Below are positions 6,758 to 14,008 of a stretch of 32,077 nucleotides of DNA, piece after piece. The stretch comes from a virus. Location of the stretch: positions 1 to 32,077 of the IMG/VR virus record IMGVR_UViG_3300029822_000049; one strand, given 5' to 3'. Position numbers and translations under genes: made by a program. A model generated the notes under the pieces. It was not told where the DNA came from and searched no databases. It saw only the letters and a program-made list of their open reading frames with translations. Each line of letters opens with the position of its first letter. Positions within the stretch are counted from its first letter, which is position 1.

Positions 6758-7518
6758 AAGCAAACCGGATTATCCGGGTTTCAAAACGAGAGCAATTCTT
6801 AGTCGTCCTAACCCAAACGGTACAGGACGACACGCTCTCATGGAAAGCCCGTGGGATTTTAGTTTATCTTTTGTCACTTCCAAATGACTGGCAGGTATTC
6901 GTAAGCGATTTAATAAACAGAGCACCTGACAAGGAAACGTCACTTCGAAGCGGATTAAGAGAATTAGAGAAAGCAGGTTACCTAACCAAGCAAAGAACCA
7001 GAGACAGCAAAGGCAAAATAACAGGTACAGAGTGGATAATCCACGAGAAAGCAGAAGTCCAGCCATATGGTGAAAACCCACATGTGGAAAACCCACATGT
7101 GGAAAACCCACATGTGGAAAATCAAGGACTAATTAATAAGAACTTAACTAAAGAAGTATCTGAAACTAAAAATAACTTAAATAAAGATACGCCCTCGCTT
7201 CGCTCAGGCGGTCACCGAGAAATGGTACAAGCGATTGAAAACCTAACCATGCTTGACATGAAAATCAAAAGCAACGCCGGTCAAATCGTAAGACTATCCA
7301 AAGAACTAAGGCAAGCCGGTTATGAAGCAGAACACGTCAAACAGTTTGGTGAACATTGGAAGACGGACTGGCGTTACAAGAAAGACCAGTCACCGCCAAG
7401 CATCACCGTATTACGCCAAGAAATTGGCAAAGTAAAGAACCACAAATCAACACCAACCAACAGCCTTGAAACATTCAGGCAATTGGCAAGAAAACAAAAA
7501 CAAGAAATGGAGAACTAA
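6754..7518 (+). CDS. replisome organiser / DnaD-like replication initiator (winged HTH N-terminus)
   Basis: LSWKARGILVYLLSLPNDWQVFVSDLI...LRSGLRELEKAGYL, then ENPHV x3 and an Asn/Lys-rich linker typical of Firmicute phage replication proteins. ATGA overlap with erf. Confidence 0.7.
   Translation: MKANRIIRVSKREQFLVVLTQTVQDDTLSWKARGILVYLLSLPNDWQVFVSDLINRAPDKETSLRSGLRELEKAGYLTKQRTRDSKGKITGTEWIIHEKAEVQPYGENPHVENPHVENPHVENQGLINKNLTKEVSETKNNLNKDTPSLRSGGHREMVQAIENLTMLDMKIKSNAGQIVRLSKELRQAGYEAEHVKQFGEHWKTDWRYKKDQSPPSITVLRQEIGKVKNHKSTPTNSLETFRQLARKQKQEMEN
7072..7122. repeat. 3.4 tandem copies of a 15-bp iteron gaaaacccacatgtg (each contains the palindrome CACATGTG); putative origin
   Basis: Exact copies at 7072-7086, 7087-7101 and 7102-7116, plus a partial copy at 7117-7122. 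An AT-rich tract follows at about 7127-7190. Confidence 0.6.
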
Positions 7519-7520
7519 AA

Positions 7521-7913
7521 ATGTATCACGAACTATCACTAATCGGAAGACTAGGGCGCGACCCGGAAGCACGCTACACCAAAGACATGCACGAGAGTAG
7601 CAGTTTCAGCGTAGCGGTAAATTCGTATGGAGAAGATAATCCTGTCATTTGGATAAACGTAACCGCATGGCGTGAAGCCGCACAATTTTGTAACAAATAT
7701 TTACGAAAAGGCGACTTGGTATATATCGCAGGAACGCTAAGAGCAGACAAAGACACCGGCGCACCAAGACTGTATCAAAAACGAGACGGAACGACAGGAG
7801 TCCAATTCGAAATCAATGCCAGAAACGTCATCGGATTAGCTTATGGCAGCAACAAACAAGAAAAAACAGCGGAAAATCAAGAGGGAGAATGGGGAGATGA
7901 TATTCCATTCTAA
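7521..7913 (+). CDS. ssb: single-stranded DNA-binding protein
   Basis: OB-fold start LIGRLGRDPEARYT, an acidic tail and the canonical C-terminal tip GDDIPF. Confidence 0.92.
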   Translation: MYHELSLIGRLGRDPEARYTKDMHESSSFSVAVNSYGEDNPVIWINVTAWREAAQFCNKYLRKGDLVYIAGTLRADKDTGAPRLYQKRDGTTGVQFEINARNVIGLAYGSNKQEKTAENQEGEWGDDIPF

Positions 7914-7969
7914 TTGAGTATGAAAATCGCAAAAAACATCGAAAAATCAACGCACAAAGGAGAATAACA

Positions 7970-8368
7970 ATGACAACCAACCAAATTATTGAACTAGAGG
8001 AAGTTTGCAAGGAATACCGAGTCAAAATTGAAGAAGTCGAACAACTAAAAAAAGAGCTGGAAGAGCAAATTGATACTATTTTGCCAGAACATGTCAAACT
8101 ATCAGTTAACGCAACAAGAAATGTTTTCAACGAACGCATCAAAAACGCAAAAGATAAAGCAAGCGAACTTGAAAAAACTATCAAAAAAGGCGTTCTGGAA
8201 CGTAAAGAAACTTACAAAACGAATGGAGTTACAGCAGTTTACAATGAGGGTCGTGTGTCATGGGACGACAAGTTTTTGAAAGGACTGGCAGCGACTGTAC
8301 CGGCAGTACTCCAAGGGCGAACAGAGGGAGACCCTTACGTAAGTATCAGAATGACAAAAATGGAGTAA
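7970..8368 (+). CDS. hypothetical coiled-coil protein (possibly Gam/Gp157-like, unverified)
   Basis: 132 aa. RBS caaaggagaataacaATG. Sits in the recombination module. Confidence 0.6.
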   Translation: MTTNQIIELEEVCKEYRVKIEEVEQLKKELEEQIDTILPEHVKLSVNATRNVFNERIKNAKDKASELEKTIKKGVLERKETYKTNGVTAVYNEGRVSWDDKFLKGLAATVPAVLQGRTEGDPYVSIRMTKME

Positions 8369-8370
8369 GC

Positions 8371-8598
8371 ATGTTGACGTACAGCGCATTAGATAAATTT
8401 ATTGACAACGCAAAAATTGACATACAAGACCAGTGCCGGTACTGGCTAAGCCTACTTGACCCATTTTTGCAAGGTTATGCCAAGATGTTATTCGACAGCT
8501 TAAAGGCAACCAAAATCAAAAACATAGGAGACGTATCGTATGCAGAACTAGCGTTGAAATTAGCATCCTACATGCAAGAAAAATCACTAGAAAACTAA
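8371..8598 (+). CDS. hypothetical protein
   Basis: 75 aa from ATG 8371 (ggagtaagcATG). The track ORF start at 8260 overlaps the previous gene. Confidence 0.55.
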   Translation: MLTYSALDKFIDNAKIDIQDQCRYWLSLLDPFLQGYAKMLFDSLKATKIKNIGDVSYAELALKLASYMQEKSLEN

Positions 8599-8607
8599 GA
8601 TAATCAC

Positions 8608-8636
8608 GTCCGGGTGGTCACCAACACCACCCGGAC
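8608..8636 (+). promoter_or_regulatory. intercistronic stem-loop, copy 1 of a 25-nt repeated element
   Basis: gtccgggtgg / tcaccaaca / ccacccggac. The core ccgggtggtcaccaacaccacccgg is identical at 10576-10600. Confidence 0.6.
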
Positions 8637-8653
8637 AAGAAAGAGAGTAAAAA

Positions 8654-9235
8654 ATGTTTAGAGTAGATAATTTTAGACAAAGCCTTGAATTACCAAACGT
8701 TACCGTATTACCAGAAGAAAGAAAAGAAGCTGAAGCCGAGTACAAAAAATTATATAGTGCTGAACCGGTACTCAACAACTTGACCGTGCACAAAAAAGAG
8801 GAAAGCCGATTCGCCGGTATCATTGGAGAATTAGTCTTCCAAAGGTTGTACCCGAAAGCAGGCAGAGTATCATTAATTGACCCCGGGTGTCCATATGATT
8901 TTAGGTACATTTACGAGAAAGTAGACGTGAAATGCAAAGTAAGAACAAAAGCACCAAAACTAGAATATGAAGGCAGTTTTTTTGCCTATCAATTAGATGA
9001 ATTAAAACGCCTAGACGTGTTACTGTATTTTATGTCCACCACCAAAGAGTTTGACCGGATATGGTTATGCGGTTACATGCCAACAGTTGGGTTTATGAAT
9101 CATCCAAGATTGCAAGTATGGCAAAAGGGAGAAATAGACCAAAGCAACGGTAAGAAATACCACGCAAAAACGTACGGATTAGCATACGAACACATGTACC
9201 CTGTAAACGTGAATAAGATACAAAAATGGCTTTAG
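8654..9235 (+). CDS. PD-(D/E)xK-type nuclease (tentative)
   Basis: 193 aa. GIIGELVF ... PYDFRY ... EKVDVKCK gives an E...D...(D/E)xK arrangement. Confidence 0.5.
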   Translation: MFRVDNFRQSLELPNVTVLPEERKEAEAEYKKLYSAEPVLNNLTVHKKEESRFAGIIGELVFQRLYPKAGRVSLIDPGCPYDFRYIYEKVDVKCKVRTKAPKLEYEGSFFAYQLDELKRLDVLLYFMSTTKEFDRIWLCGYMPTVGFMNHPRLQVWQKGEIDQSNGKKYHAKTYGLAYEHMYPVNVNKIQKWL

Positions 9236-9267
9236 AAAATTGGTCAGAAATTGGGTCAAATTGACCC

Positions 9268-9297
9268 TTGACAAAAACCACGAACATCCCTTATAAT
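9268..9297 (+). promoter_or_regulatory. consensus sigma70/sigmaA-type promoter P2 (duplicate of P1)
   Basis: TTGACA (9268-9273), 18-nt spacer, TATAAT (9292-9297). Three AAATTG repeats at 9237, 9248 and 9258. Confidence 0.75.
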
Positions 9298-9345
9298 ACT
9301 AGTGTGGTTCAAAAACAACCAACAAACCAAAGGAGAAAAAACAAA

Positions 9346-9636
9346 ATGAACACCATGAAACTATCAAAGCTAACAAGTAATCAGTACATCCTCGTTGATG
9401 CCAACAATGGTTGGTACACATTCGACCTAGGCAACGATGACATTGAATACAAGTACATTCAATCATATGCAGAAGGTCCTTACCCAAAAGTCTTCGAGCA
9501 CATGTCTGAACAGTTCTTCGAGGAAGTAGAAAGAGGCGGTGCTGAAAATCTTACTGGGAACGAAACCGCAGAGCTAATTACAATCCAATGTCAGTTTGGG
9601 ATTGTACATGTTTTCATCCCATCTTGGTGGCAATAA
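9346..9636 (+). CDS. hypothetical protein
   Basis: 96 aa from ATG 9346 (aaaggagaaaaaacaaaATG). The TTG at 9268 in the track is the -35 box of P2. Confidence 0.65.
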   Translation: MNTMKLSKLTSNQYILVDANNGWYTFDLGNDDIEYKYIQSYAEGPYPKVFEHMSEQFFEEVERGGAENLTGNETAELITIQCQFGIVHVFIPSWWQ

Positions 9637-9670
9637 AATCATTGGCGATAATCTACCAACACCAACCAAA

Positions 9671-9690
9671 GCCCGGGCGAAAGCCCGGGC
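9671..9690 (+). promoter_or_regulatory. intercistronic stem-loop with GAAA tetraloop
   Basis: gcccgggc gaaa gcccgggc, preceded by ccaacaccaaccaaa as at 4903-4919. Confidence 0.6.
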
Positions 9691-9717
9691 ACATCAAAAC
9701 CAAAGGAGAAAAACAAA

Positions 9718-10038
9718 ATGAACGCAAAGAAACAATACACCCAAGAAGTCATCAACAAAGTCAATGAATTAGGGTTCGAACTTAATTCAGTCCGACCAGA
9801 GAACACTTGGTCACGTCAAGTTATCGCCTACTCGTTAGACCGAGACCGAGAAATCACCGTTTATCGAAGCGTTGAAGAAACCACAACACATGCACACTTA
9901 AAAGCCTATCAAAGCATTGAGGAAGCCAAAGAAACTATCAAAGCATATGAGAGAGCAATCGCAGCAGCGGAGTACATCCAAAGCATTGACATAAACCAAA
10001 TGCTAGAAGTTGACTGCAATCGCATTATTGAAAGATAA
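9718..10038 (+). CDS. hypothetical protein
   Basis: 106 aa. RBS caaaggagaaaaacaaaATG. Confidence 0.65.
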   Translation: MNAKKQYTQEVINKVNELGFELNSVRPENTWSRQVIAYSLDRDREITVYRSVEETTTHAHLKAYQSIEEAKETIKAYERAIAAAEYIQSIDINQMLEVDCNRIIER

Positions 10039-10072
10039 GAAACCAACAACCAACAAAACCAAAGGAGAAACC

Positions 10073-10558
10073 ATGAAAGCAACAAAACAGGACACCAAAG
10101 CAAAGCAGAGCCTAATCAACGCAATCGCTAAAGCGGTCAAGATGACATACGAACAGTATAAAGACCACTCGGTCATTGCGAGGTCATTCGGGAGCAGTAC
10201 CTATGACATAATCGAAAGCCATAGCGAACAACAGACCCAGAACCCAGACACCTACGTCTGCACTACAACAGAAGATGACGTTATTTATTTAGCACAAGCA
10301 GTTGACGTTGACAACAGACAGGACATGTACTATGAAATCGCTGTCATCATTGCCAACAATCTGCACAAGTACAGAAAACCAGACACGGTTGTCATCAATG
10401 GAAGAACCGTTGATTGGGAAGTGGCGTTACGGTACATGGACGATGAAATCAGAGAAGCAGTCGCAAGCTATGAGACTATCACCTCCAACCAAGAATTCGT
10501 AGACGAATACGCCAAGCAACACTATTACGATTTCAAAGAGGTTTTTGAAATCAACTAA
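10073..10558 (+). CDS. hypothetical protein
   Basis: 161 aa from ATG 10073 (aaaggagaaaccATG). Confidence 0.65.
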   Translation: MKATKQDTKAKQSLINAIAKAVKMTYEQYKDHSVIARSFGSSTYDIIESHSEQQTQNPDTYVCTTTEDDVIYLAQAVDVDNRQDMYYEIAVIIANNLHKYRKPDTVVINGRTVDWEVALRYMDDEIREAVASYETITSNQEFVDEYAKQHYYDFKEVFEIN

Positions 10559-10574
10559 CACCAACGAACAACAC

Positions 10575-10601
10575 CCCGGGTGGTCACCAACACCACCCGG
10601 G
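10575..10601 (+). promoter_or_regulatory. intercistronic stem-loop, copy 2 of the 25-nt repeated element
   Basis: cccgggtgg / tcaccaaca / ccacccggg, ending 2 nt before the RBS of the next gene. Confidence 0.6.
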
Positions 10602-10615
10602 AAAGGAGAAACAAC

Positions 10616-11212
10616 ATGAGCGAAGTAAACAAATGCCCAAGATGCGAAGAGGTAAGAGAATATCATTTTTTGAAAAGTAACCAAGAGTTATATTGCGATA
10701 AATGCTTGTCCTCGTTTGACCCTATGTACCAAGAAAACCGACTTGGCAAAGTAGCTGATATTTTACTTGAAATCGACATGTCCGGAACATGCAGAGGAAA
10801 CATCATCATGCCAAACCGATTAGAACAGGTCATCAAGCACCATGAAAACCTGTATCAGTCTATATCCATCGAACTGGACGAGCAGCGGCAAGAAATAACC
10901 GATTACAAAGAAAGAACCAAAGATAAGAAATTCGTTGACAACAAAAACATTTTATGCCCGGAATGTCTGAATTATGAATACCTGTACGTTGGAGAAAGAG
11001 GTTGGTTCTACTGTGCCAAATGCGACCAAGATATTTTAGACGATGACATACTCACCGTTAGCAGGCACAATCCAATCTGCCACAGGTGCGGTCAAAAAAA
11101 AACCGTTGAACACTGGTCTGATGATAGACACGGAGACGACCGGTTACTAAGCGTTTGGTGTGCAGTTTGCAAAGACGAAGCATTACGCTCAGACGATGAC
11201 ATTCCATTTTAG
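10616..11212 (+). CDS. triple zinc-ribbon protein with an SSB-like C-terminal DDDIPF tip
   Basis: 198 aa from ATG 10616 (aaaggagaaacaacATG). Three CxxC...CxxC pairs: CPRC..CDKC, CPEC..CAKC, CHRC..CAVC. The last 7 residues are SDDDIPF. Confidence 0.7.
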   Translation: MSEVNKCPRCEEVREYHFLKSNQELYCDKCLSSFDPMYQENRLGKVADILLEIDMSGTCRGNIIMPNRLEQVIKHHENLYQSISIELDEQRQEITDYKERTKDKKFVDNKNILCPECLNYEYLYVGERGWFYCAKCDQDILDDDILTVSRHNPICHRCGQKKTVEHWSDDRHGDDRLLSVWCAVCKDEALRSDDDIPF

Positions 11213-11232
11213 GCGGAGCAAGGAAAAATCCA

Positions 11233-11400
11233 ATGAAAACACTAATTGACTTTGCAATCCTATACATTACATACATCGTGCCATTTATAGCGATTTTGAC
11301 CCTGTTTTACTTCGTAGAACAAACGATAATAAAAAGGTCAAATAGAAATAAAGCAGACCGTTACCCGGTCATCAAAACAGTAAGGAGAAAATATGAGTAA
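11233..11400 (+). CDS. small single-pass membrane protein (55 aa; below the ORF-track cutoff)
   Basis: MKTLIDFAILYITYIVPFIAILTLFYFVEQ followed by a basic tail. RBS aaggaaaaatccaATG. Its stop overlaps the next gene's start. Confidence 0.45.
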   Translation: MKTLIDFAILYITYIVPFIAILTLFYFVEQTIIKRSNRNKADRYPVIKTVRRKYE

Positions 11401-11635
11401 AGGAAAAGCCTATTTTAGCGTCCAACCGAAAAACGAATATTGGATGGCATCCGTCCAATTACGAGCAACCACCGGAATGACAAAAGCAGATGTAGCCAGA
11501 GCAGCCGGAGTAAACATCAAAACGATTGACAAATTCGAAGCTAATGGAGCAGAAAGAATGGTTGTCGGAACGTTACGTAAAATCGTTGAAGCAATGGGAT
11601 ATGAATTAGTCCTAACAATCAAAGACAAGGAGTAG
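11393..11635 (+). CDS. XRE-family helix-turn-helix DNA-binding protein
   Basis: 80 aa. The segment MTKADVARAAGVNIKTIDKFEANG is a classic HTH. Confidence 0.75.
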   Translation: MSKGKAYFSVQPKNEYWMASVQLRATTGMTKADVARAAGVNIKTIDKFEANGAERMVVGTLRKIVEAMGYELVLTIKDKE

Positions 11636-11637
11636 AC

Positions 11638-11817
11638 ATGAATGAAGAATATTTTAAGCCATGCCCATTTTGTGGAAGCAAAGAAGTACTGAAACGCAAG
11701 GTAATGCTAAACGAACAAGTTGAATATATTACCGAGTGTCAAAAATGCTTTTGCGTTGTCCAAGGTTGGGGAGAAACCAAAGACGATGAACCTTGGAATC
11801 AAAGAGCCAACGAATAA
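11638..11817 (+). CDS. Lar-family-like zinc-ribbon protein (restriction alleviation family, tentative; 59 aa, below the track cutoff)
   Basis: MNEEYFKPCPFCGSKE...ECQKCFC...PWNQRANE shows the CPFCG, CxxC and WNxR hallmarks of Lar-like proteins (from memory). Confidence 0.5.
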   Translation: MNEEYFKPCPFCGSKEVLKRKVMLNEQVEYITECQKCFCVVQGWGETKDDEPWNQRANE

Positions 11818-11888
11818 AAAACCAACACCAACAGGAGAACTAAAATGAACAAAAAAGAAACAGGAGCAAAAAGGAAGGAGCGTGGGGA

Positions 11889-12311
11889 ATGAAACAGATT
11901 AGCAACTATGCAGAAACCCTTATAGAGAGCATTGTGTTGGGGGCTTGGGAAAGGGGGGCATATGCCGACACGGTTCTTGGCTACGACGAGGAAGAGGAGT
12001 GGGACTACCAAAAAAAAGAGGTGGAACTACTAATGACTTACATCGCCGACCTTGAAGCCGAAGTCGAGGCGTTGCGACCGTATCGGGATGGGTGTGACCC
12101 GCAAGAGCGGTTGCCAGAAGTAAATAAATATGAACCGAACACCTCGGTTAATGTCGATGCATTAATCCTGACGGCCAGCGGTGTTGTTTTTTGGGGCACG
12201 TTATATTACCACTTCGACAAGAAAGAATGGTTAAGGATTCGAGACGATATGGTAATCCTTCGCTGGTATCCGCAACTGCCATATTCAGAAAGCGAGGTGA
12301 GAAATGAGTGA
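11889..12311 (+). CDS. hypothetical protein with DUF551-like C-terminus (tentative)
   Basis: 140 aa. RBS aaggagcgtggggaATG. ERLPE...VVFWG...ILRWYPQLP resembles the DUF551 pattern. Locally GC-rich. Confidence 0.55.
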   Translation: MKQISNYAETLIESIVLGAWERGAYADTVLGYDEEEEWDYQKKEVELLMTYIADLEAEVEALRPYRDGCDPQERLPEVNKYEPNTSVNVDALILTASGVVFWGTLYYHFDKKEWLRIRDDMVILRWYPQLPYSESEVRNE

Positions 12312-12717
12312 ATTGAAACGGTGTCCGTTTTGTGGGGGTAGGGCGGATTACATTCAAATATTGGGTAATTATGAACGTCCGCACGAAGTATATTGTTTTA
12401 CTTGTGATGGAGGAATAACAGAGGGCAGGTCAAAGGACGGCGTTATCCACAACTGGAACACCCGTCCGATTGAGGACGAACTCCGAAAGCGCATTGCCGA
12501 GCTTGAGGCGGCGCAACGCTGGACACCAGTGAGCGAGAGGTTGCCGGAGTGCGAGAAGGATGTTCTCGTATTCTGGGGAAAAGCATTGGACGGTTCAAAG
12601 ATTGATTGGTTTGGGACTGCGTGGCGAAACGATATCGATGATGGTAAATGGTGTACAGACCCGATTGTGCCCACCCACTGGATGCCACTTCCGCAACCGC
12701 CGGAGGTGCAGGAATGA
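12304..12717 (+). CDS. Lar-like zinc ribbon fused to a DUF551-like domain
   Basis: LKRCPFCGG...CFTCDG...HNWNTRP, then a coiled-coil linker, then WTPVSERLPE...VLVFWG...THWMPLPQPPE. Confidence 0.6.
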   Translation: MSELKRCPFCGGRADYIQILGNYERPHEVYCFTCDGGITEGRSKDGVIHNWNTRPIEDELRKRIAELEAAQRWTPVSERLPECEKDVLVFWGKALDGSKIDWFGTAWRNDIDDGKWCTDPIVPTHWMPLPQPPEVQE

Positions 12718-13082
12718 AGAGCGAAGGAATGAACAAAAAAGAAACAGAAGAAAAAACAGTTAACCAGTTCGAAAAAACAGTCAACCAGTTTGATAATGCA
12801 GTTTATAACGAGCGTATCAACAGAGGAAAAAACGGGTACAGTTACCACATGGAAGAGTATTACAGAACTAGAGAAAAAATACTCCACACAGGAAACATGT
12901 TATCAAAAACAATTGACTTGCTAGAAAAAACAAAGCAAAACCTAAGTAAAGCATTATTGACTTGTGAGTTACTTGTTCCACACAGCGAAGCGTTTCAAAC
13001 CTTACTAAAAAGACGCATTGAACAAATTGATGAACTCGTAAAAGAAGCCGGTCAAGAGTTTAACTATAATTGGAAACCATAG
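12714..13082 (+). CDS. hypothetical helical protein
   Basis: 122 aa from ATG 12714 (ATGA overlap with the previous stop). Contains an in-frame 21-bp tandem duplication (KTVNQFE/KTVNQFD). Confidence 0.6.
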   Translation: MKSEGMNKKETEEKTVNQFEKTVNQFDNAVYNERINRGKNGYSYHMEEYYRTREKILHTGNMLSKTIDLLEKTKQNLSKALLTCELLVPHSEAFQTLLKRRIEQIDELVKEAGQEFNYNWKP

Positions 13083-13092
13083 GAGAGAATAC

Positions 13093-13647
13093 ATGGAAAA
13101 GAGCTACGTTCTAGAACGCAACCAAACCACGATTAGACTAAAAATAGCTGATGAAATTTTAGACCGGTTCGTGTTATTGTTCGAAATTGCCAGAGATACA
13201 CAATTCACAATCGGCGACTTGTTAGAGGAAGTTATCCAAGCACACAGCCCACTATTCAGCAAGCAACAGATTATAAATTACATTGCAGGACATTTAAGAG
13301 TATCACCCGGGACATTGTACGACTATCACCGTATCGCAATGTTATGGACACCAGACTGGAGAGCGCAATATCAAAATCTTGACTGGACGTTTTACCGCAT
13401 GATTGACCCAACAGACCCGGACGATATCGAGCTACTTGAAACCGCCATTGATGAGGGCTGGAACGTCACCACGCTGAAAGAGGAAAAGTACCCTATCCTA
13501 AAATCAGCAGGCAGCCTGTTAGGACGCATAATATCACTGTGCCGAAAAGCAATTGAAGCAACAGACATTGATGAATTTGACCGGAACGCAATTGTCAAAT
13601 TCCTTGACGAAATTAAAACAACAGAGACAGGAGTAAACAATGAGTAA
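13093..13647 (+). CDS. hypothetical protein, possible HTH DNA-binding protein
   Basis: 184 aa. RBS ataggagagaatacATG. The segment SKQQIINYIAGHLRVSPGTLYDYHRIA looks HTH-like. Confidence 0.6.
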   Translation: MEKSYVLERNQTTIRLKIADEILDRFVLLFEIARDTQFTIGDLLEEVIQAHSPLFSKQQIINYIAGHLRVSPGTLYDYHRIAMLWTPDWRAQYQNLDWTFYRMIDPTDPDDIELLETAIDEGWNVTTLKEEKYPILKSAGSLLGRIISLCRKAIEATDIDEFDRNAIVKFLDEIKTTETGVNNE

Positions 13648-14008
13648 ACAAGAAAACCCATGGATTGACGCAAGTAAAAAACCGTTATTCCAACTGAGCG
13701 AAGCAAGAGACAGGATAATCATCAACAACAATGAAGAACGTCAAAGAACAGAGGACATCATCATCCTGTACTTATTCGTTGACGAACTAAAACCCGGAGC
13801 ATCAATTGATACAGTCATGTGGCGTTGGAGTTTTGGCGTTTACTATATTGACGAAATGAGGTATCGAAGCGATGACGGAACTGAAATCAAACTTGAAAAT
13901 AGTGTTTGGAAATGGAGCAAACCTAACATGCAACAACATCAAGTGTATATTACAGCGTATATGCTACTTCCAGAAGTAGACGGTATCGATTGGGATTTTA
14001 TACCATGA
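13640..14008 (+). CDS. hypothetical protein (weak DUF551-like pattern)
   Basis: 122 aa. Overlaps the neighbouring genes at both ends. Confidence 0.6.
   Translation: MSKQENPWIDASKKPLFQLSEARDRIIINNNEERQRTEDIIILYLFVDELKPGASIDTVMWRWSFGVYYIDEMRYRSDDGTEIKLENSVWKWSKPNMQQHQVYITAYMLLPEVDGIDWDFIP

Noticed and set aside
8070-8279. Alternative-frame + strand ORFs nested in longer genes (8070-8279, 10302-10502, 12560-12763, 16799-16981, 22535-22753, 23815-24000, 31518-31790)
   Set aside because: They are fully contained in better-supported ORFs, have no RBS, and their translations are compositionally odd. There is no evidence for overprinting.
11393-11635. The XRE HTH protein as evidence for a lysogeny module or temperate lifestyle
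   Set aside because: No integrase, recombinase, excisionase, divergent repressor/Cro arrangement or att-like repeat was found in the closed genome. The gene is co-directional inside the early operon. This is insufficient to call the phage temperate.
11845-11892. 15-codon mini-ORF (MNKKETGAKRKERGE) with a good RBS, whose stop overlaps ATG 11889
   Set aside because: It is too short to support as a gene from sequence alone. It may simply be a fortuitous ATG in an A-rich leader, or a coupling leader peptide. Noted only.
12750-12791. 21-bp tandem duplication gaaaaaacagt(t/c)aaccagtt(c/t)
   Set aside because: It is real (19/21 identical), but it is in frame and encodes KTVNQF twice near the N-terminus of 12714-13082. 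Nothing links it to a regulatory role, so it was treated as a slippage duplication.
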